From: Octopus vulgaris
Lineage: Eukaryota
Length of the DNA: 64,000 bases
Assembly: GCA_951406725.2 (NCBI GenBank)
Contig: OX597823.1
Span: 44,454,001 to 44,518,000 of the forward strand
Direction of reading: 5' to 3'
Shown here piece by piece: positions 1 to 14,075 of this stretch; the stretch's first letter is position 1, and the number at the start of each line of letters is the position of its first letter. The notes under the pieces were generated by a model, which was not told the origin of the DNA, did no database searches, and worked only from the letters and a program-made list of their open reading frames with translations. The translations under genes and the position numbers were made by a program.

Positions 1-57
1 ACCCGGAACCATGTGGTTGGCAAGCAAGCTACTTACCACACATCCACTCCTGTGCCT
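1..57 (-). mobile_element. tRNA-derived SINE head (family B), cut by window edge
   Basis: Nearly identical to the head of the SINE at 9268-9613 (plus strand AACC.TGTGGTTGG..AGCAAGCTACTTACCACACA.CCACTC). Confidence 0.75.
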
Positions 58-59
58 AC

Positions 60-375
60 TCCTGCGCTTGTTGAACTACTATTTGAAGAGGGAGATTAGG
101 TACTGCCCTCCACCTAACTTTGTGGTTGGATGAACTCCGTTTTTAAAATGAGGCAAGAGGTTGTTATAGCATTGTACTAGGTGGACAAAGCTGGTTAGCA
201 GGGAAAATAACTGAAGATATTTCTATTGGGAGTTAGTTGAGAGTATGAGTGATGATGACCTGGAACTGATTCAGGGCATTGATAAGAACAGCCTGAGTAG
301 TCTCTTTTGGGGTACTTTCAGGTCAAAGACCTAGACAACTTCCAGAAGTCCTTGGCATGGTAGTACTATGGAGGT
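60..375 (+). mobile_element. L1/Tx1-like LINE ORF2 fragment (decayed)
   Basis: Translation FYWELVESMSDDDLELIQGIDKNSLSSLFWGTFR..LDNFQKSLAW aligns by eye with ..GHLISLFRRTLRPGSMDNYQKAQVW of the element at 28115-31015. Confidence 0.6.
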
Positions 376-3300
376 GAGATTGGGGTGGGGGGTAGGGCAT
401 TGCTTTTTCAAGACAAGCTCTTCAGGCTGGAAACACCAACATGTAATATTTGTTTCAGCTTCTTAGGTTCTGAGTTCAAGTACTATTAAAATCAACTCAT
501 GCCTTTCATCTCTCTGGGAGTGGGGTGGGTTCGATAAAATTAAGTACCAGTCATGTACTGAGGTCAATGGTTTTAACTACCACCCCCACTCGCCCACCTT
601 CCTTCAAAATTGCTGGCTTTGTGCTTAAATCATACATTTATTTATCGCTTTTGTACTTTTTTCTGTCTTTGCAGGACCAACGGTAGACAAGTTAACCAAG
701 TTAATATGGTGGTTTATTTGGCCATCATTGAGAAGTAGACAGAAGAGAGAGAGAGAGAAAAATGAAGAGAGAGGGAAGGCAAGGGAGGGAAAGGGAAGGT
801 GATGACTGACACTACTTGTGATTTATTACATATACATGTTTATACACACACACATACTCTCACATGCACACACACACACACACAAACGCGCTCTTACTCT
901 GCCATACATAGTGAGCACATAATCACGATGAATTCAGGTTATATATGCAGCTGTGGAAGACAAGCAAAATTTTGGTTTTTTTCCACCAAAAAAAAAAAAA
1001 CCTGCAAAACATTTTGCTAGAGATTTATTTTTTACAAAATTTTATTTATTTACTTTTTCCTATGATCTTTGACATTTTCTGGGTTTGAGGAATCCAAATT
1101 GGATTTGAGGGTTGGTTATGTGTTTTCCTTTTTGGGATGGAACAATTTTTTTTAAACATTTTGTTTCTTTTCCCTGTTTTTCTTTTATTCTTTTCCTCAG
1201 TGCACTTTCTGTGCTTGTATATAAGAATATTAACCTGAAGATCAATATTGTATTGTTTTGCTTTCTTTTGATAGTATGACCTTAATTCAAGGAGAATGGA
1301 CTGCCAGAATCGGTAGAGCAATGGACTAAATGCCTTGTCATAGTTATTTACATCCCTTTATGTTCTGAGTTCAAATCCTGCCGTGGTCAACTTCACTTTT
1401 TATCCTTTCAGGCTTCATGAAAAAAAGTTATAGTTAAGTAATGGTGAGTGTATGTGTGTGAATTGAAATCATTATGTCCCTGCCTCTTTAATTTCTTGCC
1501 TTGTTCTGCCAATTGTAGAACTTAAATGTTATGACTATATTTCTGTCAAGCACCATAGAGCAGAGGTACTCTTCATACAAGGCAAGTATGCCAGCCTATT
1601 TCATTTTCTGATTCTAGCCAATTCCTTTCTTCGTATGTATCAATAATGATTCTCGCATGAAGAGCATGAATATTATAGCACAATCTCATTTTACTCTTCT
1701 CCATTGATAAAGGCCTTCTGCCTATGTAAGCAGTCAATTTAAGGTCAATGTTCTTTCAAGATTTATGAGGTGAGGTGGGGTGGGGTATAACAAATCAAAC
1801 ACTGTCACCTGTATAAAAACCAGTGTGTGTGTGTGTGTGCGTGTGTAGGAGGTGGGTGAGGTACAGATTCTGTTATGTGTTTATGTGATTATCAAAATAT
1901 GCTCTAGTAATGCAATGGTGTTGGGTCACCTGATCATTTACATATGAAGATGATCTAGGAGTGGCCCAAAAGAGTAATTAGAAGCATTATGCATATCTGT
2001 ACATTTGTATGAGTGTTGTTTCATTATACATACACACATATATATGTATCTATATAGTTTATATATGCACATACTACATGTATACATACATATATATCTA
2101 TATATACTACATATGTATGTATGTGTATGCATTCACAAATGCATATGTATATATCAGCATATATATTAAAAACAGTTGTTTTTCAGTTTTAATTTATTAA
2201 ACATTATATTTTAGATATTATATAACCTGCTTATAATGCTACTAGAGAAGAGCATGACTGCCACACAAACTTACCTCCTGTCTTCTTATGAACCAATGTA
2301 AAAAAATCAAAATTAACATCATTGTTTTTGTTGCTTTTTTTGTGTATGTGTGTACTGTTTACTGTTTCCCTCAGAAAATAGAGTTTCCTCATTCTCTGTA
2401 TCCTCAGCAGTTGTCAAGGGCTGTGAGTTAGCAAGGGCTGTGGGTTAGTAGATTTGGTACAGCATTGGACTCTGTTTTGGCTGTACAGAGGCATGTTCCT
2501 TTTTATGATTTGATTTCACATCCCACCGAAGTTGACTTTGCCTTTGAGCCTTCTATGAATGATAAAATAAGGTTCCAGTTAAGTACTTGGCAAGGAGTGG
2601 TGTATCAATATAAACGACTGCTCCTTCTCCTATAAATTTGTGGCCTTGTACCTATATTAGAAACGAATATTATGATTTGTGTGTGTTAGTTTTTCCTTTT
2701 TTTCCCCCCCTTTCCCATTCTGTTAATATTATATGCTTTGGAATGTGATATCTTCAAGTTGTCCAGCTGTGCTTTACCTCCAAAGTGAAGCTGCTCTATA
2801 TACACAAAAATCTGTGTGTAAATCTGTGTAAATGGCTAATGATATCTCGTTCTTTTTTTATTCCTATATGTATGTGTGTTTGATAATTCTTGTATCATTT
2901 TCACTGTTTCTCTATCAATTGCTCTCCTTGAATACATGTGTCTCCTATCATTAAACCATTTATTTTTGCATTTTCAAATTGTATTATTTCCTCACCCTAC
3001 TCTATCTCCTACTCATATTTTTATCTGTCCCTTGCTGATTAAAAAAAACTATTGAATCCTGAAAAAAGAACAAGGCTCTTTTAGAAAGATTTGAATGAAA
3101 GTAATAGTGATACTACCCATAAAAGTGTTTATAACGATAATACTTTGGATAAATTTGTGTGAGACTTGTGGCTTGGTTAATGAAGGCGAGAGAAAACATT
3201 CAGTTTGAAAATCATTTAGGAGAACCATGAAGTTCAGTGTAAAGGAAAATGTTTTCCTCCTGAAATTCCTGCTGGAACTTTTGAGGGTTCTTTCTCTTCA

Positions 3301-4036
3301 TCTTTATTTTGCCTCTGTTCCGAGAGGAAACCTTGAAATTTATTGCAAACAAAAGATGATTATTGATTATGGGTAACTATCAGTCAAGAAAAAAAAATGT
3401 TATGAGGTTGAGGGTGATGATAAGTTAATTTGTGTGAAATGAAAGTGAAATAAATTTCAGAGATGCTTTGCTCCTCACAGAAACTGCAGGAGCAACTCAG
3501 AGGTATTGCAAGCTTTTTAATCTGTCATGATTACCCCATAGCCTGTAGGCTTTGCCTGAGTGGGGCAGGCTTGTCAACAGGGTTTTCTATTTTCTGTATG
3601 TATGCATAGTGTACTACTCTCTCTCTCTTATTATATCCTTTGGTTTCTAATGTTTTAATCAATAAGAAATCTTTCTCTCTGTTTAATTCTTCCTTTACTT
3701 TCTTTGCCACTTTATATGTCTGTCTGTGAATGAATCTCATTCTGTCTCTCTCTCCTCTCTCTCTCCCCCTCTCTCTCTCTCCTTTTCTCACTCTCACCAT
3801 TTTTATGCCCATTACAAAATATCTCTACTGACCCTCTTAAAAGATGTAACAAACAAACACGGCGCCATTTCAGCATTCTCCTTAAATCACTATTAAACAT
3901 TTCAGTCCTCTTTGTAAATTATTCCCCTTGTATCTTTATTTGGTCCCTTAACGTGCAATTCTCAGTACTTTTGAGCCCTGGTAATAACATGTATCTGCCC
4001 AACAGCCTACCTAAGTGTCTCTTCATCTCTTACCTA

Positions 4037-4096
<60 letters not shown>

Positions 4097-5365
4097 ATTA
4101 TGTGTGTATGCATGCATGTATCAATCATCATCATCATTGTTTTAATACCACTTTCTCGTGCTAGTGTGAATTAGGCACAATTCATTGACACAGATTTTCT
4201 GTGGCCAAATGACTGTCCTATCATCAGCCATTACCTCTTTCCGAGAAAAGGTAATACTTCCCTATGGCCAAGCATATTTTCACAGAAGATTGGAAACAAA
4301 AGGATACTACTTGTATGATAGTGACATTGGTTTATAACTATTGTACAATGTCAGGACAAGTATACACAAACATATACATACACATACATGCATGCATATT
4401 GTTAAGTAAAGTCTTAAAAGTTAGCATGTCCTTTGAAGGTCATTGGGAAAAAAAATCACTGACTTTTCATTGGGCTTTATCTCTATAAGTATGGCATATT
4501 ATGTCAATATGAAACACACACACACTACACACATACACAGACTCCTGGATTAAGTTTGTCTCCTACACAAGAATTAAGTACCAGCCATAAGGATTTTTGA
4601 GGCTTGGCTTAAAGGGATTGAGGAGGAAAATAATTTTTAACTGAAAGAAAAGTGGGTGATGTATGCATTGTCAACAGTGTTTGTTTTCTGTTGCTCTCTT
4701 GGTTTCATTAAGGAAACAATATAAATCTAATTACTTAAAATAACTATGATAATAAAGCTGGAGATTGTGATGATGATAACTTTAGGATAATGACTTCTTG
4801 TCATCAGACATTAATTAGATCAACTTTTGTTTTTCCAATTTTCCACTACGTCATTGGTATTTACTCTTCATCAATTCTATGAAGTGTGGGAGGTGATGAA
4901 TAAATAGATAAATAAATAAAGTTGATTCTGATTGGATTTGAACTTAGAATAGGGAAAAATGGTGAATTAGAACTAGTTAGCATAAATCATTCCAGTCTGA
5001 TATTGTAATATCTTGTTTTAGTCTCTTCGGCCCCCCCCCCCTGATTCTTCATAGTTGTGACAGCTATGTGCACGAAGCATAAGACATTTGCTCATTTTCA
5101 TATAAGTACAGGCACACACACACCACACACTTAAATATTTATTTGTAGAAATAACCCATCCCATGTAGATGGAGAAAATTGTATGATTGCTGAAATTTTA
5201 CACATGTGACACAGATGTAGACACGCACGTGCGTGTGAGCACATACACACACACACAAATATACACACATAGAAATACACACAGACACACACATACACAC
5301 TCACGCGTGTAATCATCATTTAATGTCCAAGTTTCATGCTGGCATGGGTTGGAATATGTATGTGA

Positions 5366-5398
<33 letters not shown>

Positions 5399-5461
5399 TA
5401 TATATGAAATATACAGGTTTCATAAAATATGTAGGCATGAGCTGCAGATTTATGTGTTTAG

Positions 5462-5499
<38 letters not shown>

Positions 5500-5779
5500 G
5501 ACTGGGACATAAGGGGATGGCAAAACACAAACATCTCCAGTAAAGAAAAAAAAATATTGGTGATTGCAATGGTGGTGATGATGATAACTAAAGCACTTTC
5601 CATCATAATCTAAAGTATATAGATCATCTGTGTTTTTTAATCTTAATCTTTGCACTTAATTTTTTTTTCATACATTTTTACACTTTTACAATTAATTATA
5701 AATAATATCAACAAATTTTGTATATTTGCCATCGTTGTTGCAAAACTGACAATTAATCAAACTGCCTTTATATATATAT

Positions 5780-5893
<114 letters not shown>

Positions 5894-6469
5894 TATGTGT
5901 GTGTGTGTGTGTGTATATGCATATATACATATCTATACACATCCCTGCATATCTCTTGTACTCGTTGCTCTTTCACTCATACACTTTCTCCCCTCTCAGT
6001 CTCCCACCGCCCTCTCTCTTTCCCCTCCAACCTTCTTCATCTCTGTGTGTGAATGTTGTTGCATCTTGTTAATCTTGTTTATACATATTCTATATTCTAC
6101 ATTTTTTATTACTCCTGCAACAATTACTTCTTCTTCTTCATCTTGATGTTGTTGTTCTTGTTCTATTCATTGCCATTCTCTTCTCTCTGTTCATATTAAG
6201 AAGAAAAAAAATCATGAAAAAAAACAATCAATTTTATTGCTTCACACATTCTGGAATAATGTGGAATGCTGGTCGTTTGGCAAGAATGAAAAAAAATGTT
6301 AAGTTTTAAAAGCTATTTTTAAAAAAATCGAGAAAAAAACCTACTACCACTACATCTCTAAATGTCTTCTAAAATCACTTGTCCCCATTGAAGTAAAAGG
6401 AAATTCATAAAAACTAATAAACCAAAAGCATTCTTTGACATAATCTCTCTGGAAATTATTATTATCGTT

Positions 6470-7150
6470 AAGGTAATGAGCTGGCAGAATCGTAAGCACA
6501 CCGGGCAAAATGCTTAGTGGCATTTCATCCTTGCTTATGTTCCGAGTTCAAATTCCACTGAGGTTGACTTTGCCTTTCATCCCTTTTGGGGGTTGATAAA
6601 ATAAGTACCAGTTGAGCACTGGGGGGGGTCAATGTAACTGACTTAACCACTCCCCATAAATTGCTGGCCTTGTGCCAAAATTTGAAATCATCATCGCCAT
6701 CATTATTATTAAGGCAGTGAGCTGGCAGAATCATTAGCACAGTCGACAAAATACTTTGCTGCATTTTGTCCATCTTTTATGGTTTTGAGTTCAAATACTG
6801 CTGAGGTTGACTTTGCCTTTCATCCTTTTGAGGTTGATGAAATAAGTACCAGTTGAACACTGGAGTCAATCTATTTCACTTAGCCCCTTCCCTGAAATTG
6901 CTGGCCTTGCACCAGAATGTGAAACCATTAATAAGGCAGTGAGCTTGCAGAATTGGTTGCTCAACAGTCAAAATGTTTTGTGGCGTTTTGTCTGTTTATA
7001 TTCTGACTTCAAATGCCACCGAGGTCAAGTTTGCCTCTCATTTATTTTGAGATTGCTAAAATAAGAATCATTTGAATTTTGGGGTCACTGTAATCAATTA
7101 TCCCTTCCTCCACCAAATTTCAGGCCTTGTGCCTAGAGTAGAAAGGATTA
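6470..7150 (+). mobile_element. Three tandem tRNA-derived SINEs (family A; central domain resembles the Meta-SINE domain)
   Basis: Three consecutive copies of GAGCTGGCAGAATC...GAGTTCAAAT...GAGGTTGACTTTGCCTTTCATCC...ATAAGTACCAG...GGCCTTGTGCC. Further decayed copies lie near 465-630, 1290-1440, 2420-2670 and 7210-7340. Confidence 0.8.
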
Positions 7151-8793
7151 TTAATATAATTATTATTATTATTATTATGATCATCTATATTGTTATTATT
7201 ATTATTTCTGATTTACATACAAGGCCTGCAGTTTTGAAGAAGGATGTTAATTTGGTACCATTGATCCCAGTAGCTTACTAGTACTTTATCAACCCTGGCG
7301 GGCTGAAAAACATACTTGAGCTCTGGGATTTCAACTTGGTGTAAAGAGCTGGAACTGAGTTCGTATGCTGGAGTCAGCTTTGCTTTACATACCAGTTACT
7401 TATTGGGGTTGTTGGTATCAATCAATTTCCTCCCCTTGCCTTGTGTCAAGATTAGAAATAAGGATAATCTTTTCTACTATTAGAAATAATAATAATAATA
7501 ATAATAATAAATAATAATAATAATAATAATAATTATTATTATTATTATTATTTAATTTAAATATCTTAACCATTGTACAGTTGAGCTTACTTTTTTTTCG
7601 TCTTTTCCAGGTGAATTTGTTTTGGGAGCAAATTAATTTTATTGTGGGTGGGGGGTGAGGAGAAGGCAGCAAGAAGTGGTGGTGGGGGTGTGGACTGAAA
7701 GAAAATAGCTGAGAATTTGTTAGCACTGTTGCATGGCTGAAAATGTTTTTGAATTCACTTGTGTCACATTCCTGGCAATAATATGTTTATTCCCTCTAAA
7801 CCTTCCTTCAACTTCTGGTTAGGCTTTGTAGGATAAAAAGAAAACCAGAAAAAAACAAAACAAAACATTTTTTTTTTCTTTTTTTTAAAAATATTTTCTC
7901 CTGCCAGAATATGAAGTTATTGCGAGTGAATGGTATCTTTTGTGTTCTTCGTCAATCCCTGATCGTAAGAATAATGGATTTTTTTCTTCCAAATCAAAAA
8001 TAAAAAAACAACAAAAAAACAAGAGAAAACAAGATAAAATTGATTGAATAATGATGAAAAATATTTAAATAAAACAGGAATTATACAAGACCAAAATTAG
8101 TATTAAAAAGAAAAGCTCACCTTGGATGAAAGAAAAATAAAAATTAAAAATTAAGTATGGGAGAAAGAAACTTTCAGGTAATTAAATCAAATACTCAATC
8201 ACAGAAAGACATTGGCATTTCTGTTCATGTTTGTAAGAGGGATATTGCCAAGTGTAAAACTATAGAGAATTTTAGAGTTTGTTCCTTGAGATCTCAACAG
8301 GGTGTGATCTTTTGTGGCCTCATGTACACACTCGTATGATTAGAATAGAAATTAAATTTGGCAAGTCCTACCTACATTCAGTAGAGCTGTGGAGAAGAAT
8401 TACTCTCCATTCAAGGTAGCTTTTTTTTCTTTTTTCTTTCTTTTTTTTTTCTATAATATATGCAGTGCAAATTTATCATGATATTGAAACTAATGGTTAT
8501 CGGGTTATTGCAATAATAATGTTTTTTAGCAATTATCTCTTGTAATGTATTTTCTCGAATGTCTTTAATCACGTGCAGCCAATTTCCAAAGCATGTCTTA
8601 CACGTTGGTTTGAAATGAAAATAAATAAAATAAATAAATGACAAAAAAAAAAAAAATTATGTACTGTAAACCCTCTGAATTTTGTTGGATTTTGTTCTAA
8701 ATATTATTATTACTAACAATAATAAAATCTTCAAAAACAATATTCTTATTTAATTTTATTTTCAGTGACGAGCAGAGTACATGAAGCATAATG

Positions 8794-8826
<33 letters not shown>

Positions 8827-8860
8827 TGTATGCTTAAATCTATGTACATATGTGTACATA

Positions 8861-8904
<44 letters not shown>

Positions 8905-8907
<3 letters not shown>

Positions 8908-10198
8908 GTAATATAATATGTGACTATTATTCGGTTGCCATAATGAGACTGAGTTTCAGATGTAGGGGCGGAAATCTGCTCTGCCACCTCGTCAGTTATC
9001 AAGGCAATCAAAAAATGCTATGGAAATGACCGTTAAACAAAGGGAAATTACTATGTAATTGACCATTATTAAGACAAAAGAGCTATTAGAATGACCGTTA
9101 AATAAGGGGGAAAAACCGATGGGGAGAAAGTAAAAAAGTAAAAACGCTCATAGAATTTGCGTCTGCGCGCATGTATATACATACACATGCGTGCATGCAC
9201 AACCACGTACATGTGCGTATATGCATATGCTCACTCACACCCACTCATATGCCCATATATGCACATTACTCTTTACTCTTTTACTTGTTTCAGTCATCTG
9301 ACTGCGGCCATGCTGGAGCACCACCTTTTAGTACTTATTCTATCGGTCTCTTTTTGCCTGAACCGCTAAGTGACGGGGACGTAAACACACCAGCATCGGT
9401 TGTCAAGCAATGCTAGGGGGGACAAACACACACACATATACATATATATATACATATATACGACAGGCTTTCAGTTTCCGTCTACCAAATCCACTCACAA
9501 GGCATTGGTCGGCCCGGGGCTATAGCAGAAGACACTTGCCCAAGATGCCACGCAGTGGGACTGAACCCGCAACCGTGTGGTTGGTTAGCAAGCTACTTAC
9601 CACACAGCCACTCATGTATGTAACCAGACATGTCCACATACACACACACACACACACACGTGCACGTACCCATACGCGCACAATTCAAATACACATCTAA
9701 AATATGCTTATGCTATATATGCATATGCTCACTCACACGCGTGAAACACTTGCATGTACACCTACATATATATGCAACCATACACATGTACATATATACG
9801 TACCCGCACACACATATACACACGATGTACACATATACATATCCGCATACACATGAGTGTGAATGAGCATATGCATATAGACACATGTACGTGGGTATGC
9901 GTGTGCACATGTGTATGTATACACATGCGTGCAGACGCAAATTCTATGAGCATTTTTACTTTTTCACTGTTTTACTTTCTCCGTTTCGTTTTTTTTACTC
10001 TTAGTTAACGTTCATTCTAATAGCTCTTTCGTCATAACGGTCAATTACATAGTAATTTCCCTTTGTTTAACGGTCATTTTCATAGTATTTTTTGATTGCC
10101 TTGATAACTGACAAGATGCCGGAGCAGATTTCTGCCTCGACATCCGAAATTCGGAGTTTTATTATGGCAACTGAATAATTGCCACATTATATTATAGG
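8905..10198. mobile_element. Fold-back non-autonomous DNA transposon with ~340-bp inverted arms and TA flanks
   Basis: 8905-~9250 is the reverse complement of ~9850-10198 (e.g. CAGTTATCAAGGCAATCAAAAAAT / ATTTTTTGATTGCCTTGATAACTG). TA at 8903-8904 and 10199-10200. No ORF. Confidence 0.8.
9268..9613 (-). mobile_element. Near full-length tRNA-derived SINE (family B) nested in the fold-back element
   Basis: tRNA-like head with box A/B-like motifs (TGGCTGTGTGG; GGGTTCAGTCCC), an internal microsatellite, and a tail GCTCCAGCATGGCCGCAGTC..GACTGAAACAAGTAAAAGAG. Confidence 0.8.
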
Positions 10199-10261
10199 TA
10201 AATTCCTCTATTTACATAATATCGAGGTCTCCTACATTCTTTTGTTGTTATACCATTACTA

Positions 10262-10302
<41 letters not shown>

Positions 10303-10380
10303 ATAAATATTAGGGAATAAATCCAAATTTACAGGGAAAAAATCAGATTTAGGATTAAATCCAATTTTATAGTAAAATAT

Positions 10381-10657
10381 TATATAATATTAATTAGAGA
10401 CAAAACCACTATTTTGCAAAACAAACAAGGAAAGACTTAATACATAAAATTTTAATAAAAAGTAAAAAAACCGCAACTACAATTGTTTCATGTCTTGATC
10501 GATTGAAAATCGGAAATCCACCTGAAGATTGTCGATCAAGACATAAAACAATTGTAGTGGCGGTTTTTTTACTTTTTATTAAAATTTTATGTATTGATTA
10601 AGTCTTTCCTTGTTTGTTTTGCAAAATAGTGGTTTTGTCTCTAATTAATATTATATA
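10381..10657. repeat. ~120-bp-arm hairpin (Penelope-type inverted terminus) near (TA)n tracts
   Basis: 10381-10502 is the reverse complement of 10532-10657. The loop and right arm contain a hammerhead motif. Confidence 0.85.
10518..10560 (+). ncRNA. Minimal type-I hammerhead ribozyme motif (G of GAAA mutated in this arm)
   Basis: CCAC-CTGAAGA-tTGTC gatcaa GACAt-AAA-ACAATTGT-A-GTGG. The inverted arm retains CATGAAAC. Confidence 0.65.
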
Positions 10658-10671
10658 TATATATATATATA

Positions 10672-10805
10672 TTTAAGGACTGTGTCAAGTCCTCATTAAA
10701 GGCCTGTGACATACAGGAGACCGACTGGGAGAGCAATGCCTGTCATTGCCACAAATGGAGGAAGCAGGTTAAAGAGGGTGTTGACACCTTTGAAAAACCA
10801 CGTGA
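10672..10805 (+). mobile_element. RTE-clade LINE C-terminal fragment
   Basis: Translates FKDCVKSSLKACDIQETDWESNACHCHKWRKQVKEGVDTFE, matching the K-D..K..LK...I...W...A.....WR..V pattern at the end of RTE/BovB ORFs. Confidence 0.65.
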
Positions 10806-11713
10806 GTATGTATTTGTACGTATACGGGTGCGTCTGCAGAGGCGTGTAAGTGTATATGTATTTATGTATTTAGTTTGTGCTGGTTTAGGTATCTGTACGT
10901 AGCGGGGACGTATGTATATGCGTATCCCTGTCGGTACTTTCACACGGGAGTATATATGTATATATACGTATGGATGTGTATGTGTATGCATGCATGTACG
11001 TGTGTACATGTTGACCGTTAGTAACACAGTCCCAGACAATTTATGAGAAAGTAGATAAGCTATTTAGCCACAGGCCAGACAACTTACACTGACCATCCAC
11101 TTGGTCCCCAGATAATTAAGTTAATTTACGACACCCACCAGTACATCCTTAAGCTTCGCCAGACGAAACATGTTTTTTCTGTACCTTACGCTATCTTCCG
11201 TCCACCCTTTTATTTCTTTAACCCTTTATATTTCCTTATCCCTTTATATTTCTTTATCCCTTTATATTTTATTTTTATTTTTATTTTTTTTTATCCTTAT
11301 TTTTCGCTTCTTTACCTTTATCTTTATTTATGTATATTCCCATGTTTTTTCACGTCTTTGTGTATTTATATATTTATATACTTATATACTTATATACTTT
11401 TTATATTTTTATTTTTTTAATATTTTTAATATTTTTTAAACTTTTACTCGTTTTTAGTTTTTTACTCTTTTACTACATTTTGCACCTACCAACCTCCCTC
11501 TTTGTGAACCCTAACTCATTAAAGATTCGCCCCCTCCAACTCCTTCCCTCTTTATCTCAACATCCAACTTCACTCTACATCGAGTGAAAAACGAGATGGA
11601 CGCTTTGGTGCCTCGCTCTGTTGTACACGACTATGAGGATTTGCATCCCCAACGTAAATCGTCTTTTTCCCAAACTTATAATGTAATACATGTCCTTGGA
11701 GTAGTAATTGTCC

Positions 11714-11801
11714 GCGGCTGAAGAAGGCTATTGACATACATATTACATCAATTATGCATTGATATAAACTGTCTAATAGAAGCCAGAAACATATGTACCG
11801 C
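11714..11801 (+). ncRNA. Type-I hammerhead ribozyme motif with intact core and long stem II
   Basis: GCGG-CTGAAGA-aGGC(TATTGACA..ATCAAT/ATTGAT..TGTCTAATAG)aaGCCa-GAA-ACATATGT-A-CCGC. Predicted cleavage after GUA at 11797. Confidence 0.8.
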
Positions 11802-11836
11802 TAAATCCTTTGCTTCATGTTTTTCTTTTGATATAT

Positions 11837-11944
<108 letters not shown>

Positions 11945-12039
11945 AGGAGGACTGGTGTCTGTATATATTGTGGATGGGTGCATTGTCCTGGTACAGGTGC
12001 CACTGCCCCGACTGGTACAACACCACCACTAAAATTCTT

Positions 12040-12730
12040 ACCTAAAATGTCAAGTAGTGAAAAACAAGTAAGTGCAAGATTTCTAGCTTCACAATGAAAA
12101 CATATGTTTTATTCATGTTTTCATCATGTCTACCCGATGAGACATGATGTTGTAGCTAGGACACCCTATAACGAGATCCATCGAAAGGATAACTCCGAGG
12201 ACAAAGAAATAAGAACCAACTATATGGTGGAAGCCATAGCCACTCATAATAAAAAGGAGTACTGGTAGAATGTCCCAGTGAAGACCTCAATGAAATGTAA
12301 ACACAATAGACCTGATATAGTTATTTGGGACAGAGAAGAGAAGCTGAGTACGGTTGTGGAAATCAGCTGCCCAGCGGATGTTAATATAAAGCTGAAGATC
12401 AGTGAAAAAGAGAATATCTACACTGAACTATTGTGTAATCTGCACTTACTCTATTCAGATTACAAGTTTATACCTGTAATTATTGGAGCCCTGAGATATA
12501 TAACACACTGCCTAAATACCAATCTTGAGAAATTAGGTTTCTGAAAACCAGAAAGAAGGAAGTTGATTCGTAGACTACAGATCCAAGGCATCGCTGGAAC
12601 TATAAAATCTGTGAAACTTTCCAGAAGTTTATCATTTAAGTATATATGAGCATGTCTAGATAAGCAACTATATGCATGAAAATACATACATAAACCAAAA
12701 CATACAAATCTGCACGTATACATACATACA
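12040..12730 (+). mobile_element. R4/Dong-like non-LTR retrotransposon 3' fragment (restriction-like endonuclease)
   Basis: ORF 12278-12544: KHNRPDIVIWDREEK..VVEISCP..EKENIY..IPVIIGAL (PD..E..K endonuclease motif). Upstream RHD motif. Runs into (CATA)n. Confidence 0.85.
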
Positions 12731-13739
12731 TATATGCATGCATACATACATACATACACACTCACTCACACGCACACATACATACATACATACATACATA
12801 CACACTCACATACATACATACATACATACATACATACATACATACATACATACATACATACATACATACATACATACATACATACATACATACATAGACA
12901 GAGAGGGTGAAAGAGAGGGGGTGAGTTGTGTATCTGGTGAGAGATTGAAACAAAAACAAGCGTTGCTTTTGAGTTTGTAAAATTACCGGTTTTCCATTCA
13001 TGACAAACTGTCCAATGGTAAAATGAATTTTAAAATTGGCTGTCAGAAAATAATCATTCAAATTCTTTCTGAAATGATTGAATGAAGGAAGCCGAAGTGG
13101 ACAGTGCTTGTGAGTAGTTTAAGTAGTGTAAGTAACTTGTGCATTGTGTAAGAAATGGAGATAAAACGGAGGTAGATTGATCGATTGATAGATAAAATAG
13201 ATACTTGGCATTTCTTATTATGACGATAGTAACTTATTAAAATTTAATTGAGAGAAAAAACAAGTATTTACTCGTAAGGTTTTTAAAGAGAAATTTAAAG
13301 AACGGAAATTCTTTCTTTCCAAATTGTAAAAACTTCTTTTAAAAGAAGTTGATCGGATTGAGTAAAATATGCGTGTGTCTGCGCACATACGTAATACATA
13401 CATACATGCATACATACATACATACATGCATACATACATACATGCATGCTTACATACATGCATGCTTACATACATACATACATACAAACACACACGCATA
13501 CATACATACATACATACATACATACATACATACATACATACATACATACATACATACATACATACTTAAGTACGTACGTACATATATATGTATAAATACA
13601 TAGATATGCACATACATACGTACAAAAGAAGAGAGGAGTGAGTTGCGAACTAAACCAGAAGTTATATTACAGACGGATTGCGCAAAAATTGTTATGACGA
13701 CTATTAATGAAATCCATAACTGTGCAGTGGTGGCGGTGT

Positions 13740-14075
13740 GGATTCCCATCATTCGACAACGGGAATTAAGTTGTAACTGAGTTACCTGTTCCTGAATTAA
13801 CGTGTTAGCGGCTGATCATGCCACAGACATGCTTACCCTCAGGATAATTCTCGACCTGATATAATATGTGACAAGGCTGTACCATTTTGATTATTTACAG
13901 ATACAATTCACGGACCGGGATTCTCTACATTTTCTACCTACCCAATTTCACGATGGATCAGTCTGAGGCTTTGGAAATTACATTTGCCCAAGATGCCACG
14001 TAGTTGGATCGAACCTGAGATCTCGTGGTTGTAAAACAGGCTTCTTAACCATACCGTACCCATACACACTGCGCC
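13740..14075 (-). mobile_element. Decayed tRNA-derived SINE (family B-like)
   Basis: Plus strand TTGCCCAAGATGCCACG..GATCGAACC..GTGGTTG..CTTCTTAACCA resembles 9536-9610. Confidence 0.6.

Noticed and set aside
11960-12030. QWHLYQDNAPIH mariner-like motif on the minus strand
   Set aside because: Only ~20 codons with no TIRs; too short to annotate confidently.
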